The notes under the pieces: model-generated | What the model was told of the DNA's origin: nothing | Seen by the model: only the letters and a program-made list of their open reading frames with translations | Database searches by the model: none | Position numbers and translations under genes: made by a program | Assembly (NCBI GenBank): GCA_036479435.1 | Contig: JAZGFI010000010.1 | Span: forward strand, 1 to 17,191 | Direction of reading: 5' to 3' | DNA length: 17,191 nt | Source: Planctomycetota bacterium | Lineage (GTDB): Bacteria > Planctomycetota > GCA-002687715 > DRQF01 | Shown: in pieces, positions 1-7,632 of the stretch | Numbering within the stretch: the first letter of the stretch is position 1 | How the letters are laid out: the number at the start of each line of letters is the position of its first letter

Positions 1-321
1 ACCAAGGTCGGCTTGATCCTGCCCCCCGGTGCCGTCGAAAAAGAAGACGTCCAGGGCGGCAAAGTCGTCGCCATGGGTCCGGGCACGGCTTTACCGCCGC
101 CAACCGACGATTTCGAGGAACCCTGGAAATCCAACGGTGGCACGCCGCGCTACTTGCCGATGCAAGTTCGAATCGACGACTACGCCGTCTTTTTCCGCAA
201 AGCTGCGATCGAGATCACCTTTCAAGACATCCGCTACCTCGTCGTCCCCCAAAGCGCGATCCTCGCCTTAGTGCGCGATCAAGAGGACAGCATTCCCGAC
301 ACCCTCCCCGAAGATTTCTAG
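1..321 (+). CDS. groES: Co-chaperonin GroES (Cpn10) family protein, divergent subfamily, 5'-truncated by the window edge
   Basis: The frame is open from base 1: TKVGLILPPGAVEKEDVQGGKVVAMGPG...MQVRIDDYAVF...IEITFQDIRYLVVPQSAILALV. This matches the Cpn10 pattern (T.sGi.lP...ek...g.VvavGpG...v.vGD.V.f...ev...Y.i....ila). Stop TAG at 319-321. Confidence 0.85.
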   Translation, partial: TKVGLILPPGAVEKEDVQGGKVVAMGPGTALPPPTDDFEEPWKSNGGTPRYLPMQVRIDDYAVFFRKAAIEITFQDIRYLVVPQSAILALVRDQEDSIPDTLPEDF

Positions 322-416
322 CCTCAAAACTAATTGCCCTTCGAAGCCAGTTGCAGGTCCAGCGGCGCTCGACTACCGTCGACGCCCATTGACCTCTTCT
401 TTTGCGGAGTTCCGCT

Positions 417-1751
417 ATGCTTCGAAGTCCTTTGCGCTCGCTCTTTTTTTACCTCTGGCTCGCCCTGGCCAGCCTTTCGAGCCTGGCTCAGGAAAAGGCG
501 ATTGTCTTTCGCGGGGCTCACATCATCCCGATCGTGGGCCAAGAGATCCCGAACGGCGTTCTGGTCGTTAAAGACGGCCGCATTCTGGCGCTTGGTTCCA
601 AAGAGCAAGTGGAGATTCCAGCGGGCGCCGAGATTCGCGAAGTAAACGGAATCCTCATGCCGGGCTTGGTGGATTCACACAGCCACCTCGGCGGTGGATC
701 GGGCGGCGACCGCTCACATCCCATTCAGCCCGACTGCCGCATTTGGGAGACCATCAACGCCCGCGACACGGGATTCCAAAAAGCTCAAGCGGGCGGGCTG
801 ACCACGGTCAATGTGATGCCGGGCTCGGGGCATTTGTTGAGTGGTCAGACGATCTATCTGAAGATCCGCGACGCCCGCCATATCGAAGAGATGCTCATCC
901 GCGACAAGAGCGGGTGGATCATGGGCGGCATGAAGATGGCCAACGGGACTAATTCGATTCGCGAAGCGCCCTTTCCCGGCACCCGCGGCAAATCGGCCGC
1001 GATGGTTCGCAAAGAATACATCAAGGCGATCGAGTACCGCGACAAGATCAAGCGCGCGGCGAGTGACCCGGAGAAAATGCCTGCTCGCGACCTCCGCTTG
1101 GAGGGGCTGGTCGAAGTCTTGGACAAAAAGCGCATCGTCCACCACCACACTCACCGGCACGACGACATCTTGACTGTCCTCAGGTTGGCGCGCGAGTTCG
1201 ACTTCAGAGTCGTCCTTCACCACGTCAGCGAAGGCTGGAAGATCGCGAAGGAAATCGCTGCGGCCAAAGTACCTTGTTCGATCATCGTGATCGACAGTCC
1301 CGGGGGGAAACTCGAAGCCGTTGACCTTAGGTTTGAGACGGGCGGCGTGCTCGAAAGAGCTGGCGTACTAACGGGGTTTCACACCGACGACGGCATCACC
1401 GACTCGCGCTTGTTTTTTCGCTCCGCGGCCTTGGCGATTCGTGCGGGCATGAGTCGCAAGGGTGCGCTGGAAGGCCTGACGATCGCCAACGCCAAGATGC
1501 TCGATCTTGAAAAGAAAGTCGGCAGCTTGGAAGTCGGCAAAGATGCGGACTTCATCTTGCTCGATGGTGATCCCTTTAGCGTCTACACCAAGGTGCAACA
1601 GACCTGGGTTGAGGGAAGACTGGTTTTTGACCGTTCACGGCCCAAGGATCTGCTCTACGCCGTGGGTGGCTACGGGGCCAGTGACGGGCAAATCATGCAC
1701 ATCAACTGCGGCTGGGCTGGCCACGACGATGACCACGGAGACGACCGATGA
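417..1751 (+). CDS. Secreted amidohydrolase family protein (metal-dependent, Amidohydro_1 / imidazolonepropionase-like)
   Basis: ATG at 417 with GGAG at 406-409 (the ORF track starts at 402). N-terminal signal-like segment ending SSLA-QE. Motifs MPGLVDSHSH (HxH), HHHTHR, HHVSEG, HTDD and GSLEVGKDADFILLDGDPF. Confidence 0.9.
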   Translation: MLRSPLRSLFFYLWLALASLSSLAQEKAIVFRGAHIIPIVGQEIPNGVLVVKDGRILALGSKEQVEIPAGAEIREVNGILMPGLVDSHSHLGGGSGGDRSHPIQPDCRIWETINARDTGFQKAQAGGLTTVNVMPGSGHLLSGQTIYLKIRDARHIEEMLIRDKSGWIMGGMKMANGTNSIREAPFPGTRGKSAAMVRKEYIKAIEYRDKIKRAASDPEKMPARDLRLEGLVEVLDKKRIVHHHTHRHDDILTVLRLAREFDFRVVLHHVSEGWKIAKEIAAAKVPCSIIVIDSPGGKLEAVDLRFETGGVLERAGVLTGFHTDDGITDSRLFFRSAALAIRAGMSRKGALEGLTIANAKMLDLEKKVGSLEVGKDADFILLDGDPFSVYTKVQQTWVEGRLVFDRSRPKDLLYAVGGYGASDGQIMHINCGWAGHDDDHGDDR

Positions 1752-2971
1752 TCAGATTTCAAATGAGTAGCCTTGCGGTCCTTTTTGTTCTCAGTCTTGG
1801 CCTCGGCGCCAATGGTCAGATCGCGATTAAGGGCGACAAGGTCTACCCCATCGCCGCTGCCGTGATCGAAAACGGTGTCGTGCTCGTGGGCAAAGACGGG
1901 AAGATCGAGGCCGTCGGTAGCGCGAGCTCAATCAAGATCCCCGACGGCTATCGAGTGCTTCAGGGCAAGGTTGTCACGCCGGGGCTTATCGACGGGCGCA
2001 GCGTCGTAGGTTTAGCGGGGCAGTACAACCGCAATCAAGACCAGGAGCAGCACGAAAAGTCCGCCCCGATTCAGGCGGAATTGCGCGCTTTGGACGCCTA
2101 CAATTACCGCGAGACCTTAGTGACTTGGCTTCGTGAACACGGCGTCACGACGGTCAACACCGGGCACGCGCCAGCGGCACTGATCTCGGGCCAGAGCATG
2201 ATCGTCAAGACGACCGAGGCGCCGATTGAAAAGACCGTTTTGAAAAAGACCGCCATGGTCTTGGCCACCCTCGGGGACGGCGGCCGCGCCCGCGGCGGCA
2301 AGGCACCTGGAACCCGTGCCAAGCAAGTAGCCTTGTTGCGCGCCGAGTTGGTTAAGGCCAAAGAGTACGCGGCTAAGCTCGTCTCCGCGAAAGACGACAA
2401 GAAACCGAGCCGCGACCTCGGCCTGGAAACTCTGGCGCTCGTCTTAGCGGGCAAAGTCCCACTCTTGGTCACGGCCAACCGCGACCGCGACATCTTGACC
2501 GCGCTAAGAGTCGGCCGGGAATTCTCGATCAAGATTATCTTGGATGGCGCGGCTGAAATTCATCAGGTTCTTGAGGAAGTCAAAAAAGCCGGTGTCAGTG
2601 TGATCCTTCACGCGCCGATGGTGCGCGCCACGGGTGAACGCGAGAACGCGAGTTGGGCGACGGCCGCCAAACTGGCGAAAGCCGGCATCCCCTTTACCTT
2701 GCAGAGTGGCTACGAAAGCTACGTCCCGAAAACGCGCGTCGTGCTTTTTGAGGCCGCGATTGCCGCCGCCAACGGTTTGGGGTTCGAAAAAGCCTTGCGG
2801 GTCATCACCCTGGATGCCGCCAAAATCCTCGGGATCGAAAAACGCGTGGGATCTTTGGAAGTCGGAAAAGACGGCGACGTCGTCGTTTTTGATGGTGACC
2901 CTTTCGAGTACACGAGCCATGTGACGGGAGTCGTCATCGACGGCGTCGTTGTGAGTTCGGTGAAACGTTAG
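1748..2971 (+). CDS. Secreted amidohydrolase-family protein, second paralog, metal ligands degenerate
   Basis: ATGA overlap with the upstream stop (1748-1751). Signal peptide. Fold motifs VTPGLIDG..., GVTT and GSLEVGKDGDVVVFDGDPF are present, but HxH is replaced by RSV. Confidence 0.88.
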   Translation: MIRFQMSSLAVLFVLSLGLGANGQIAIKGDKVYPIAAAVIENGVVLVGKDGKIEAVGSASSIKIPDGYRVLQGKVVTPGLIDGRSVVGLAGQYNRNQDQEQHEKSAPIQAELRALDAYNYRETLVTWLREHGVTTVNTGHAPAALISGQSMIVKTTEAPIEKTVLKKTAMVLATLGDGGRARGGKAPGTRAKQVALLRAELVKAKEYAAKLVSAKDDKKPSRDLGLETLALVLAGKVPLLVTANRDRDILTALRVGREFSIKIILDGAAEIHQVLEEVKKAGVSVILHAPMVRATGERENASWATAAKLAKAGIPFTLQSGYESYVPKTRVVLFEAAIAAANGLGFEKALRVITLDAAKILGIEKRVGSLEVGKDGDVVVFDGDPFEYTSHVTGVVIDGVVVSSVKR

Positions 2972-2987
2972 CGCTAGATCGGCCTCG

Positions 2988-3011
2988 ATGAGCTGCCCAT
3001 CGGCAGCTCAT
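2988..3011. terminator. Perfect 10-bp hairpin between convergent genes; likely bidirectional terminator or RNA-stabilising stem
   Basis: ATGAGCTGCC-CATC-GGCAGCTCAT (2988-2997 / 3002-3011) in the 44-bp gap between the stops at 2971 and 3016. No clear U-tract. Confidence 0.6.
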
Positions 3012-3015
3012 GGTC

Positions 3016-3534
3016 TCACTCAAGAGCTGCGGACTCAAAGACGATGACCGGGGAACCGAGCCAGTCTTGGAGGCGGTAGATTTCGGGTTTGCCGTGTAGC
3101 CAGGGGTCGAGTACCCAACCATTGAGGTCTGGGCTGCCCAACAACTTGTCCCGAGAGATGATTTTCGGGTCGAAGACCACGACCGCATGGTGTTCTGAAA
3201 ACCAGTCGTTGTTGATGTTGATCCGCGCGGCTTCCCAGCCCACCCGTCGCACCTCGGGGCCGACGCGCTGGTAGATGAGTTCCTGCCACTGCCAACAGTA
3301 GCCCATCACCGACCCGTCTTGGCAATTTTTGACGTCGCCATTGCCGCCCCAGCCGTGCACCCAGCTCACGCGGGTGTTGGCATCCGCCTCCGCAACGATT
3401 CGGGTGAGTGACTGCTGGATGACTCCGAGTTCAGCTGGGCCTTCGGCGCTGGCGTCAACGGCGCTGTGACAGGCCGTCAAGCTCAACAAAGTAAGCAGGA
3501 CCACCGCGAGCCACTGGCCGGTTCGCAAACTCAT
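3016..3534 (-). CDS. Hypothetical lipoprotein with a possible transglutaminase/papain-like Cys-His-Asp triad
   Basis: Likely start ATG at 3534 (MSLRTGQWLAVVLLTLLSLTA-C, lipobox LTAC); the ORF track extends to 3606. Motifs GYCWQWQ, EHHAVVV and WVLDPW. Confidence 0.7.
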   Translation of the reverse strand: MSLRTGQWLAVVLLTLLSLTACHSAVDASAEGPAELGVIQQSLTRIVAEADANTRVSWVHGWGGNGDVKNCQDGSVMGYCWQWQELIYQRVGPEVRRVGWEAARININNDWFSEHHAVVVFDPKIISRDKLLGSPDLNGWVLDPWLHGKPEIYRLQDWLGSPVIVFESAALE

Positions 3535-4167
3535 CACAACAAGAGGGAAAGGTGGACGAGGACCGGGACGGTTTGAAGTGTTGGCGCTGAATAAGGCGTG
3601 GATCAAAGCTTGGCTCGGAACGAAAATGACTCAGACGCAATGGCAAATGAAACGATGCGGGGAGACGCCGTCGCACCTCACCCGCAGTCGCTGATCGGCC
3701 GCGCCCGCTTCTGCCAGTTCAATAGGCGCGGCCTCTTCGTTGGCACCTTGAAGTCAGAGTCTAGGACTCACCCTCATGGCACCTTGGGCTCCGTCCCGTA
3801 ACGGAGCCAATTTCAATTGTATTTGCTTCTTCTCGGTGGTCTTCGAGCCCGGCGTCCTCGGCGGTTAAGACCGAAGGAAACGAACCGTCTCGAGCGGAGT
3901 TTTTCGTTCGCGCGCCAAGGCGCACCCGACAACTCACTTTCATCGCTCTACCTGTACCACTTCGTCGCTCAAAGGTCGAGACTTTTTGCCACCAAAGGTT
4001 TCGAAGAGACCGTCGACTTCCGCGAAGACAAAGTCCTCGATGCCCCGCTTCGAGGAGTCTGACTTGGCGCATGAACACCCAATGCAGCCACATTCACAAT
4101 TCGCTCTTCGCGTCGAAGGCGTGCTGGCCTACTATTCTGACTCGCTGTTCACTTGTTGAGAACATCT

Positions 4168-6855
4168 ATGGCTGATTCAGAACCGATGCCACGCGATCAA
4201 GCGTCAGAAGGTCACGACGATATCACCCTGCAAACTGGGGCTGATCGCCCGCCTAAGGGGTCGGCGCCGCGTCAAATTGGACCCTTTCACCTCATTGAAC
4301 TCTTGGGCCGCGGCGGTCAAGGCGAAGTCTACCGTGCAGAAGACAGCCGCTTGGGCCGAACCGTCGCGCTAAAGATCCTGAGCCATCGCTTCGAACTGCT
4401 CGACGCTTCAACTCGTGAGATCATGCGAGCGCGTTTTGAACGCGAGGCGGAGGTCGCCGCCCGCCTAGACCACCCAGGTATTTGCCGGGTTTTCGAGTTT
4501 GGGCAATCAAATGACCTGCCCTGGATCGCCATGCAGTTGGTGGAGGGCACGCCACTCGACCAGCTGATCAAGGCGCGGCGGATTACAGAGGGTCAAGACC
4601 CGAAATCGGGGCCGGTGAGCCTTTTGGGTGCCGCCGGCGACACGCCCACCAGGGGACCGCGGGAGGCTCGAAGTCAAAGCCGACCGAGCCAGGCCACACA
4701 GACTTCGGGAACCGCCAAGTCTGAGGTGTCGCAGATCGCCAAGTTGTTTGAACTGGCGGCACGGGCCCTTCACGTCGCTCACGAGTCGGGATTGGTTCAT
4801 CGCGACATCAAGCCCGCCAACATCATGGTGACCCCGGAACGTCGCCCGGTCCTAATGGATTTTGGGATCGCTCACGATCGCAACGCCATCGGTCCCACGC
4901 TGACCAGAACCGGCGAGATCATGGGCACACCGGCCTACATGGCCCCGGAGCAGATCGTCGGCAACCACCAAGCCATCGACCGGCGCACCGATATCTATGC
5001 CCTCGGAGCGACCCTCTTCGAATGTTTGAGCCTCCGACGCCCCTTCGAGGCCCCAACGCACGAGTTGTTGTTCAAGCGCGTCACGACTGAAGACCCACCA
5101 GATCTTAGAAAACTCAATCCTCTCGTTTCGCGTGACCTCGCCACCATCGTCGAGTGCGCCCTGGAAAAGAACCCAGAGCGCCGATATCGCAGCGCGGAGG
5201 AATTCGCAAGCGACCTTGAGCGCGCCCGAACCCTAAGTCCGATCAAAGCACGCCGGGCTGGCACATTGCTAAAACTTACGAAATGGGTGCAGCGCAATCC
5301 GGTCTTCACGGGCATGACCGCAATTATCTTTTTGTTGATGGCCAGCACCGCGGCCGTGTTCTTTTTCAAGTCCATCGAGCTTGGGGATCTCAACCAAGAT
5401 CTCGAATCCACCAACTTGGAACTAAGTGTAAAAACCGAGGAAGCTCAACAAAACGAAAAGCGAGCCCAGAACGAAGCGACGGCCAAGACCGCAGCGCTCG
5501 CCGAAAACACTCGAGTCTTAGCCGAGTATCAGCGCATGGCAGACACGCGGCGGATTCTCAATGCAAGGGCCGAGGCAAGATCACTGTGGCCGGTTAGTCC
5601 GGGACTGGTGCCACAGATTCTGAAGTGGCAGCAATTCTACCAGCCCTTGCTTGGTCGGCTCCAGGGTCACAAGGACGCTCTTGCGGCCCTAGCCACAAAG
5701 GCCAGCCGCAATGCCGATGGCAGCCTGAATTTTGGTCAAGACGCCGATCTCCATTTCCGCTATGAGACGCTCGACAAATTGACGAAAGATCTCGGCGAGA
5801 TCGTCAGACCAGGAACCGGATTGGCAGCGGACCTTGCGAAGCGCTTGGACTTGGCAAAACGAATCGAAGCCGAGACCATTTTCAACGTCGCCGAGGCTTG
5901 GCGGTCCGCGATGAAACGCGTCGCTGAGCATCCGCTTTACTCCAAAGTCAAATTAAGTCCTCAGCTTGGCCTCATCCCGCTCGGGCCGGATGCTGAGAGT
6001 GGGCTCGAAGAGTTTTTGCACTGGCAAACCCACTCCGGGTCGCTGCCGACGCGGGGCGACGATGGCCGAGTGCATGTCAATGACGACACCGGTCTCATCC
6101 TCGTCTTGATTCCGGGCGGCACCTTCAACATGGGAGCTCAGTCGCAGAGTCCCGAAGGCGCAAACTACGATCCAAAGGCAGCTCTCGGTGAATCGCCCGT
6201 GCTCAGCGTGGCCTTGGACGCCTACTTCCTCTCCAAGTACGAGATGACCCAGGGGCAATGGAATCGCAGCGGTCGAGTCCTCGACGCTCAGTTTGAGGTC
6301 GGCTACACGATCAAAGGTGGGAAAGCGGATGTGAATCTGAGCCACCCCGCCGAGTTAGTCACTTGGGAAGAATGCACGACGGTGATGGCTGAGCTCAACC
6401 TTGAACTACCGACGGAAGCGCAATGGGAGTACGCGGCGCGGGGCAACGCCGATCACTATTACCCCGGCACATCGGATTTTGCGGAACTCGGCAAGTACGG
6501 CAACCTTACCGGCATCGAAGCGAGCCTGTACTTTCCGCGCAATGATCCTGCCCATCGCGATCCTTTCATCATTCACGCTCCGGTAGGCCAACTCTTGCCC
6601 AACCCCTTCGGGCTTTTTGATCTCGCGGGTAACGTCACCGAATGGTGTCGAGAGTGCACGATCCGGTACCAGAATTCACTGGCTCGGCCGGGCGATGGCT
6701 ATCGAGAGTCCTCCGCCACGGGGCATATAGCTCGAGGTGGCTCCTTCAACGTCTTGCCCCAAGATTCCCGCACCACGCAACGAACGTTGTATGCGGTCGC
6801 GAACCGTAGCGGCGACACGGGTCTCCGCCCCGTCCGCAAGGTCGAACACAAGTAA
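4168..6855 (+). CDS. Bifunctional Hanks-type Ser/Thr protein kinase / FGE-sulfatase (SUMF1/EgtB/PvdO-fold) domain protein with one TM helix
   Basis: Kinase motifs LGRGGQGEVY, VALK, HRDIKPANI, DFG, GTPAYMAPEQ and DIYALG. TM segment VFTGMTAIIFLLMASTAAVFFF, then a coiled-coil-like stretch. FGE-fold motifs IPGGTFNMG, SKYEMTQGQW, LPTEAQWEYAARG, PNPFGLFDLAGNVTEW, RGGSF and GLRPVR. Start placed at ATG 4168 (ORF track 4153). Confidence 0.93.
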   Translation: MADSEPMPRDQASEGHDDITLQTGADRPPKGSAPRQIGPFHLIELLGRGGQGEVYRAEDSRLGRTVALKILSHRFELLDASTREIMRARFEREAEVAARLDHPGICRVFEFGQSNDLPWIAMQLVEGTPLDQLIKARRITEGQDPKSGPVSLLGAAGDTPTRGPREARSQSRPSQATQTSGTAKSEVSQIAKLFELAARALHVAHESGLVHRDIKPANIMVTPERRPVLMDFGIAHDRNAIGPTLTRTGEIMGTPAYMAPEQIVGNHQAIDRRTDIYALGATLFECLSLRRPFEAPTHELLFKRVTTEDPPDLRKLNPLVSRDLATIVECALEKNPERRYRSAEEFASDLERARTLSPIKARRAGTLLKLTKWVQRNPVFTGMTAIIFLLMASTAAVFFFKSIELGDLNQDLESTNLELSVKTEEAQQNEKRAQNEATAKTAALAENTRVLAEYQRMADTRRILNARAEARSLWPVSPGLVPQILKWQQFYQPLLGRLQGHKDALAALATKASRNADGSLNFGQDADLHFRYETLDKLTKDLGEIVRPGTGLAADLAKRLDLAKRIEAETIFNVAEAWRSAMKRVAEHPLYSKVKLSPQLGLIPLGPDAESGLEEFLHWQTHSGSLPTRGDDGRVHVNDDTGLILVLIPGGTFNMGAQSQSPEGANYDPKAALGESPVLSVALDAYFLSKYEMTQGQWNRSGRVLDAQFEVGYTIKGGKADVNLSHPAELVTWEECTTVMAELNLELPTEAQWEYAARGNADHYYPGTSDFAELGKYGNLTGIEASLYFPRNDPAHRDPFIIHAPVGQLLPNPFGLFDLAGNVTEWCRECTIRYQNSLARPGDGYRESSATGHIARGGSFNVLPQDSRTTQRTLYAVANRSGDTGLRPVRKVEHK

Positions 6856-6873
6856 GCGGTCTCGCTCTCAACA

Positions 6874-6900
6874 CCCCCCCCCCGCGGCCTTTGCTAAGAT
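6874..6900 (+). promoter_or_regulatory. Candidate extended -10 promoter (TGcTAAGAT, 6892-6900) preceded by a C10 homopolymer (6874-6883)
   Basis: Motif match only. It lies just upstream of a strong SD (TAAGGAGG 6916-6923) and the ATG at 6932. Confidence 0.35.
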
Positions 6901-6931
6901 CTGCCTCCAACCAAATAAGGAGGCTCTTCGG

Positions 6932-7477
6932 ATGCGTATCGTTTTGTTTTTGGCCATCGGCACTTTGGGCTGTGCCCTGCCCGCAAGCCGCCACCGTAGT
7001 GAAGCGAGCAGCGGTACCACTGAGGTCACACCGAACTGGTCTCAGCACGCTCAACGCCGCCACGTTCCCGCCGAGCTCCGCGACATCCTTGAGAACGCGG
7101 ATGACTACGAGTTATTCGCGATCTACCCGCACCGCCCCCGCCCCGACGAAATACCCGCGGCCGATCGCCAGATGCACGGCTTTCGCGTCATCGGGCGTAC
7201 CCCGGTCTCTAAAGCCACCGGGCTCTCGGCCCTCAGCGTGATCTACCAAGGGGTTCGCGACGAGCACTACCCGAGGGCGAAGTGCTTTAACCCCCGCCAC
7301 GCCCTCCGCGCGAGGCGAGGGCAGCAATGGGTGGATCTCGTTATCTGCTATCAATGTCAACGTATTTTCGCCTACGACGAAACCGGCGAGCGTTGGGAGA
7401 TCAGCACCGCCCCCGAAGTACGACCCGCCTTGGATCGGATCTACGAAGAGCAAGGCCTCAAGATTGACCCCAGCTAA
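6932..7477 (+). CDS. Hypothetical lipoprotein with CFNPRH...ICYQC motif
   Basis: SD TAAGGAGG at 6916-6923 and ATG at 6932. The start MRIVLFLAIGTLG-C looks like a lipoprotein signal. The ORF-track start at 6737 overlaps the kinase gene and is unlikely. Confidence 0.8.
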   Translation: MRIVLFLAIGTLGCALPASRHRSEASSGTTEVTPNWSQHAQRRHVPAELRDILENADDYELFAIYPHRPRPDEIPAADRQMHGFRVIGRTPVSKATGLSALSVIYQGVRDEHYPRAKCFNPRHALRARRGQQWVDLVICYQCQRIFAYDETGERWEISTAPEVRPALDRIYEEQGLKIDPS

Positions 7478-7497
7478 AAGACCACCGTACAGCAGGT

Positions 7498-7578
7498 TTA
7501 GAACTTGATGTTGAGATCGCGGCTGCTGTCGTTGGCAATCCCGGGGAGGTCTTTGGAAGCAATGAGGATGCGGCGCAT
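7498..7578 (-). CDS. Candidate 26-aa small ORF MRRILIASKDLPGIANDSSRDLNIKF (small protein or gene remnant)
   Basis: ATG at 7578, TAA at 7500-7498 and GGAG (7591-7588) 9 nt upstream. It fits inside the 7478-7632 gap, co-oriented with and 54 bp downstream of the methyltransferase. Confidence 0.35.
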   Translation of the reverse strand: MRRILIASKDLPGIANDSSRDLNIKF

Positions 7579-7632
7579 TGTCGCGGTCTCCGTTAGGTTT
7601 CCGCGTTGTCATTACAAAGGCCACACTTGAGA

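Noticed and set aside
3741..3786. CRISPR-like array or sigma-54 promoter from the TGGCACCTTG repeat
   Set aside because: There are only two 10-bp copies and no cas genes. TGGCAC is not followed by TTGC at the -12 position.
3817..4062. 81-aa + strand ORF (and the opposite 3761-4093 ORF) as a real gene
   Set aside because: Weak start, no RBS, Arg-rich low-quality N-terminus and no recognisable motif. It could be a relic but cannot be supported.
6715..6900. Complete diversity-generating retroelement at the FGE-domain C-terminus
   Set aside because: No reverse transcriptase, Avd or second copy of this segment was seen in the window, and there is no convincing downstream hairpin. It is kept only as a remote-target possibility.
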